Shown here piece by piece: positions 16,121-18,842 of a stretch of DNA of 18,842 bases; position 1 is the stretch's first letter, and every line of letters starts with the position of its first letter. Origin of the DNA: Anaerolineae bacterium (lineage in GTDB: Bacteria; Chloroflexota; Anaerolineae; Aggregatilineales; UBA3940); assembly GCA_016928235.1 (NCBI GenBank), contig JAFGLD010000276.1, positions 1 to 18,842 on the forward strand, in the 5' to 3' direction. The notes below the pieces were generated by a model. The model did no database searches, was not told the DNA's origin, and saw only the letters and a program-made list of their open reading frames with translations. The position numbers were made by a program, and so were the translations under genes.

Positions 16121-16937
16121 AGGGATGACGCGATACAAACATACCAGCGTCTTTGGTGATGTAGAACTCTCCATTGAAGCGCTGGAATTCCCGACTCACA
16201 AAATTGCTAAATTCCACTTGTTGGTCAATGGTCATTCTTGGCCTTGCCGAGAAGATATAAGCAACCAACGGCGCAGGTTCTGTGACGACCAACGAGTCTT
16301 CATAGCGGTGAAGTGTAACATCTGTAAACCGGCGAGCGAGCTGAGCCGCGCCATTTTCGAGAACAAAGGAATCGGATTGGCGTATGCCCCACCAAGCCAG
16401 TTGAGGATCAAACCTACGCACTAAGTCTGTTATCTCTTGAAGATGTTTCTGGCCCACTGTGGAGGCGCAAAAACTGCCATCCGGCTTTAAGACTCGGTGG
16501 ATTTCAGAAAGAGCTTTGTGCATGTCTGGTACATGATAGAGCATGTGGTTCGCAACAACACCGTCGAAATACTGGTTGTCAAACGGTAGGTATTGAGCAT
16601 CGATTAACGCGAATCGAAAACGGTGGCTGTGGTCAAGACTTTGCCGAGTTTGCTGTAACATCCCCACCGAAGAGTCGGAAAGCGTAATCTCCCACTTCGC
16701 TGGAATGCGGTCTATGTTTTCGAGCCATAATTCACCTGAACCACAACCCAACTCCAAAATCCGGCCGTGCGGTGGAAGACTGAACTGGTCGAAGGCCCAG
16801 CGATGCCAGCCGTACTTATTGGTGCTGAATCGTTGGTGCAACTGAATGCGGGCATTCAGTTGCTTTGCATTCTTATACTGGTCAGACACGAACTGCTTAT
16901 CTGCTAATCCCACTATCTGAGACATTCCATATTCCAT
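16110..16937 (-). CDS. class I SAM-dependent methyltransferase (small-molecule/protein type, Methyltransf_11/25-like)
   Basis: Motif I ILELGCGSGELW, acidic post-I residue, motif II/III region DGVVANHMLYHVPD...LKPDGSF. Start uncertain: ATGs at 16937 and 16925, neither with a clear RBS. The ORF-track start at 17003 is TTG. Confidence 0.7.
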   Translation of the reverse strand: MEYGMSQIVGLADKQFVSDQYKNAKQLNARIQLHQRFSTNKYGWHRWAFDQFSLPPHGRILELGCGSGELWLENIDRIPAKWEITLSDSSVGMLQQTRQSLDHSHRFRFALIDAQYLPFDNQYFDGVVANHMLYHVPDMHKALSEIHRVLKPDGSFCASTVGQKHLQEITDLVRRFDPQLAWWGIRQSDSFVLENGAAQLARRFTDVTLHRYEDSLVVTEPAPLVAYIFSARPRMTIDQQVEFSNFVSREFQRFNGEFYITKDAGMFVSRHPLHS

Positions 16938-17072
16938 GTAGTGTGTGGTGAGCAGCCCAACGCTGCGTTTCACCCGACACCGGGTCAGCAAGGCCACTTC
17001 CAATTACGGGTATTTTTGGCTGGCGCAGAGCCGTTGAAAAATAGAGCGGTAGGGGGTCGGGTGCTAGGCCGC

Positions 17073-17504
17073 CTATGTCTTAACCAGCAGCGCCCACTTT
17101 GCTGCCGAAGTCGCCGCCTCGATTGTGGTTTCTAGCCGCATTGCCAGCGGCACAGGGCCAACTATTGTTGCGGTATCTTGCTCAATCCGGATACGCATTT
17201 CCCACCGAAACATATCCAGCCAGGAAGAGCGTTTCCAGACTAAAAGAGAACCGTCCTCATTCTTCGTATTGTAGCCTGCTCCAGACAACGCTATCTCTAT
17301 CACTTCGCTAAACATCGCTGTTCCTTGGTCGAAGGATGTCTCCAACATAACAGGGCGCATGGACAAGGTATGCATCAAGCTAGACGTTATACCAAGGACG
17401 AGGCCAAATTCCAAGAGTCCCAGATCGACTTGCAAGTGAAAGTCATGATTGAAAAGCCAGTGGCCTACTACATAAAACAATGTGGCAGCCAGCGTAGACA
17501 ACAT
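17073..17504 (-). CDS. hypothetical 2-TM protein. Its 5' end abuts the IS left inverted repeat, so it is possibly truncated or its promoter displaced by the IS.
   Basis: In-frame ATG at 17502-17504, only 5 bp from the IS terminal repeat. Upstream ORF extension is IS-derived sequence. Hydrophobic N-terminus LSTLAATLFYVVGHWLF and GLLEFGLVLGITSSLM. No family recognised. Confidence 0.3.
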   Translation of the reverse strand: MLSTLAATLFYVVGHWLFNHDFHLQVDLGLLEFGLVLGITSSLMHTLSMRPVMLETSFDQGTAMFSEVIEIALSGAGYNTKNEDGSLLVWKRSSWLDMFRWEMRIRIEQDTATIVGPVPLAMRLETTIEAATSAAKWALLVKT

Positions 17505-17509
17505 ACTAC

Positions 17510-17532
17510 GGTAGGACCCGGAAATAGCGTGG
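17510..17532. repeat. IS left terminal inverted repeat
   Basis: See the mobile element. Immediately follows the transposase stop codon (17533-17535). Confidence 0.75.
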
Positions 17533-18642
17533 TCATGCAGAGACCTCCAAAAGCGCCGATTTGGGAGGTCGGCCCCGGCGCTTGGGGGGCACAAAGGGAG
17601 ATAGGGGAAGCTTGAAAGAGAGCAACTCCTCAACGGACCAGCAATGGTCAGTCAGTCCGGCAGCGACAGCAGGGGTACGCTGGACCCAGTGAACGCGATT
17701 GCGGGGAAGGTGGATAGGAAGACGGAGGCTGTCATGAGGGGTGCAAAAATTGTAAACAGCACCGACCAAAAACATCCCCGACTTCAGGGTGTCGACCTGG
17801 CGAGCGAGCGAACGACCACGGCGGACAAGAGAGGCCAGGCACTGACGGAAGGTGCCATTGAGCCGCTCGATGAACGAGGTGTTGATAGTGCCGGCCCCCT
17901 GGCTCGCGACAATCAGGCGCTCGACCAGCTCAGAGCAGCCTTGAACAATGCAGCGCTCAACAGACAGCGCGCCCTGAGTGTATCGCTTGATCACCTGCAC
18001 AATAGCGACTTCCTCCCAAACGTACAAGCGCGGGCGTCCGCCCTTGTCGCCTTTATAGGGAGAGCGGAAGGCCTCCCGAAAGGCCTTGACATAGGTCGAC
18101 AACCCATCCACCGCCACCAGGATAGGACGACACAAAGCCCATTGCCGGACTTGCCCGGCCAACTCACGGATGAGCAACTTGTCACGCTTGGCGCTGACTG
18201 CTCCCCCCAACCACAATCGGGTCCTGGCCATGATGGCCATCGCCATCCACACGATCCCTCCTTGTGTTTTGACCTTGATCTCGTCGGCTTGCACCTGCTC
18301 CAAATCAAGCCCTCCTTGTTTCATGAAATGCTCATGGACTTCCTGGCAATGCTGTCCCGCTTTCTTCTGCCAACTCCGTACGGTTTCATCGTCCAGCCCA
18401 AATGCCTTCACGATGGCCAACACCGGACATCCGTACGCCAACAGGGTGACGACCGTCACAAACACCGCCAGGTCTTTCTTGATCCCATACATTGCCGTAC
18501 CTGTGGTGATACTGAACGTCTTACCACACGTTGTGCACTTACACCGCTTCTCTTTCTGGCTGTGCACCACTATATTCCCTTCCCCAACCTTCCCTCTGGC
18601 GCTACATTCCGGATTGGGGCAGAATTGTTCTTGGGGGTTCAT
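17533..18642 (-). CDS. IS1-family-like transposase (N-terminal zinc ribbon fused to DDE domain)
   Basis: AGGTGA RBS 7-8 nt before the ATG at 18640-18642. N-terminal FCPNPECSARGKVGEGNIVVHSQKEKRCKCTTCGKTFSITTGT is the CxxC...CxxC zinc ribbon seen in single-ORF IS1-family transposases (an IS1595-type is the alternative). Downstream acidic residues (QADEIKV, VAVDGLSTY, IERLNGTFR) fit a DDE fold. 369 aa. Confidence 0.7.
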   Translation of the reverse strand: MNPQEQFCPNPECSARGKVGEGNIVVHSQKEKRCKCTTCGKTFSITTGTAMYGIKKDLAVFVTVVTLLAYGCPVLAIVKAFGLDDETVRSWQKKAGQHCQEVHEHFMKQGGLDLEQVQADEIKVKTQGGIVWMAMAIMARTRLWLGGAVSAKRDKLLIRELAGQVRQWALCRPILVAVDGLSTYVKAFREAFRSPYKGDKGGRPRLYVWEEVAIVQVIKRYTQGALSVERCIVQGCSELVERLIVASQGAGTINTSFIERLNGTFRQCLASLVRRGRSLARQVDTLKSGMFLVGAVYNFCTPHDSLRLPIHLPRNRVHWVQRTPAVAAGLTDHCWSVEELLSFKLPLSPFVPPKRRGRPPKSALLEVSA

Positions 18643-18702
18643 TGTTCTTCACCTCACTTTTTGATCATTGTGAAGTGTATTCATGAACCCCTTTTCGTCA
18701 AT

Positions 18703-18725
18703 CCACGTTATTTCCGGGTCCTACC
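18703..18725. repeat. IS right terminal inverted repeat
   Basis: Reverse complement of 17510-17532 with one mismatch (18708). Confidence 0.75.
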
Positions 18726-18842
18726 CACCGAAGCTGGCATCATTGTTTCCATCAAAAGGAGACAAGCAGCATCCCGGACAAACACACGTTAAGGGTCGAG
18801 GTGTCTGCTATCCAATCTCAAAACCCGCTTCAAAAACTGGTA

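Larger units (their letters stand above)
17510..18725 (-). mobile_element. insertion sequence, IS1-family-like (single-ORF zinc-ribbon + DDE transposase), about 1216 bp
   Basis: Terminal inverted repeats GGTAGGACCCGGAAATAGCGTGG (17510-17532) and its complement CCACGTTATTTCCGGGTCCTACC (18703-18725), 22/23 identical. Ends begin GGTA like IS1 (GGTAATG). They enclose one transposase ORF. No flanking direct repeat found. Confidence 0.75.

Noticed and set aside
17504-17633. N-terminal extension of the 17073 ORF up to a TTG at 17631
   Set aside because: The extension runs into the IS inverted repeat, so the sequence is IS-derived and there is no RBS.
17644-18792. 382-aa plus-strand ORF
   Set aside because: It lies entirely antisense to the transposase gene inside the IS and has no RBS. 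It is an open frame of the kind commonly seen opposite GC-rich genes.
1-18842. CRISPR arrays, rRNA and tRNA genes
   Set aside because: No regularly spaced direct repeats, no rRNA-like conserved blocks and no cloverleaf candidates were found by inspection.

Overview
This 18.8-kb window is a mostly ordinary chromosomal segment. GC is moderate (about 55-60% in genes, about 40-45% in two intergenic stretches). It is densely packed with housekeeping and carbohydrate-utilisation genes and ends in an insertion sequence. Left to right: a small 4-TM membrane protein (-); a histidine-phosphatase-family protein (-); a stand-alone GMP-synthase ATP-pyrophosphatase subunit (-) directly downstream of hisF (-); an 880-bp low-GC non-coding gap; a putative lipoprotein plus a DUF4349 membrane/coiled-coil protein (+); a CE7 acetyl-xylan esterase (-) whose upstream region carries a phased A-tract/GATC palindromic repeat array; a class-I aminotransferase (-); a GH43 beta-xylosidase (+) translationally coupled to a sensor-less, ATP-site-degenerate histidine-kinase core (+); a Gln-rich DUF937 protein (-); an aldo/keto reductase (-); a flotillin-like SPFH protein without the usual membrane hairpin (+); a low-GC islet with an orphan ORF plus a SAM-dependent methyltransferase (-); and a 1.2-kb IS1-family-like element with 23-bp terminal inverted repeats and no detectable target duplication. 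No rRNA, tRNA or CRISPR was found. Nothing here is an obvious known defence or secretion system. The most unusual items are the pseudo-histidine-kinase coupled to the xylosidase, the hisF/guaA-subunit-B pair that lacks any glutaminase partner, the TM-less flotillin, the repeat array at 7442-7560 and the low-GC orphan module at 15.7-16.9 kb. Taxon cannot be fixed from sequence alone; the split guaA and xylanolytic content fit Chloroflexi-like bacteria or an archaeon.
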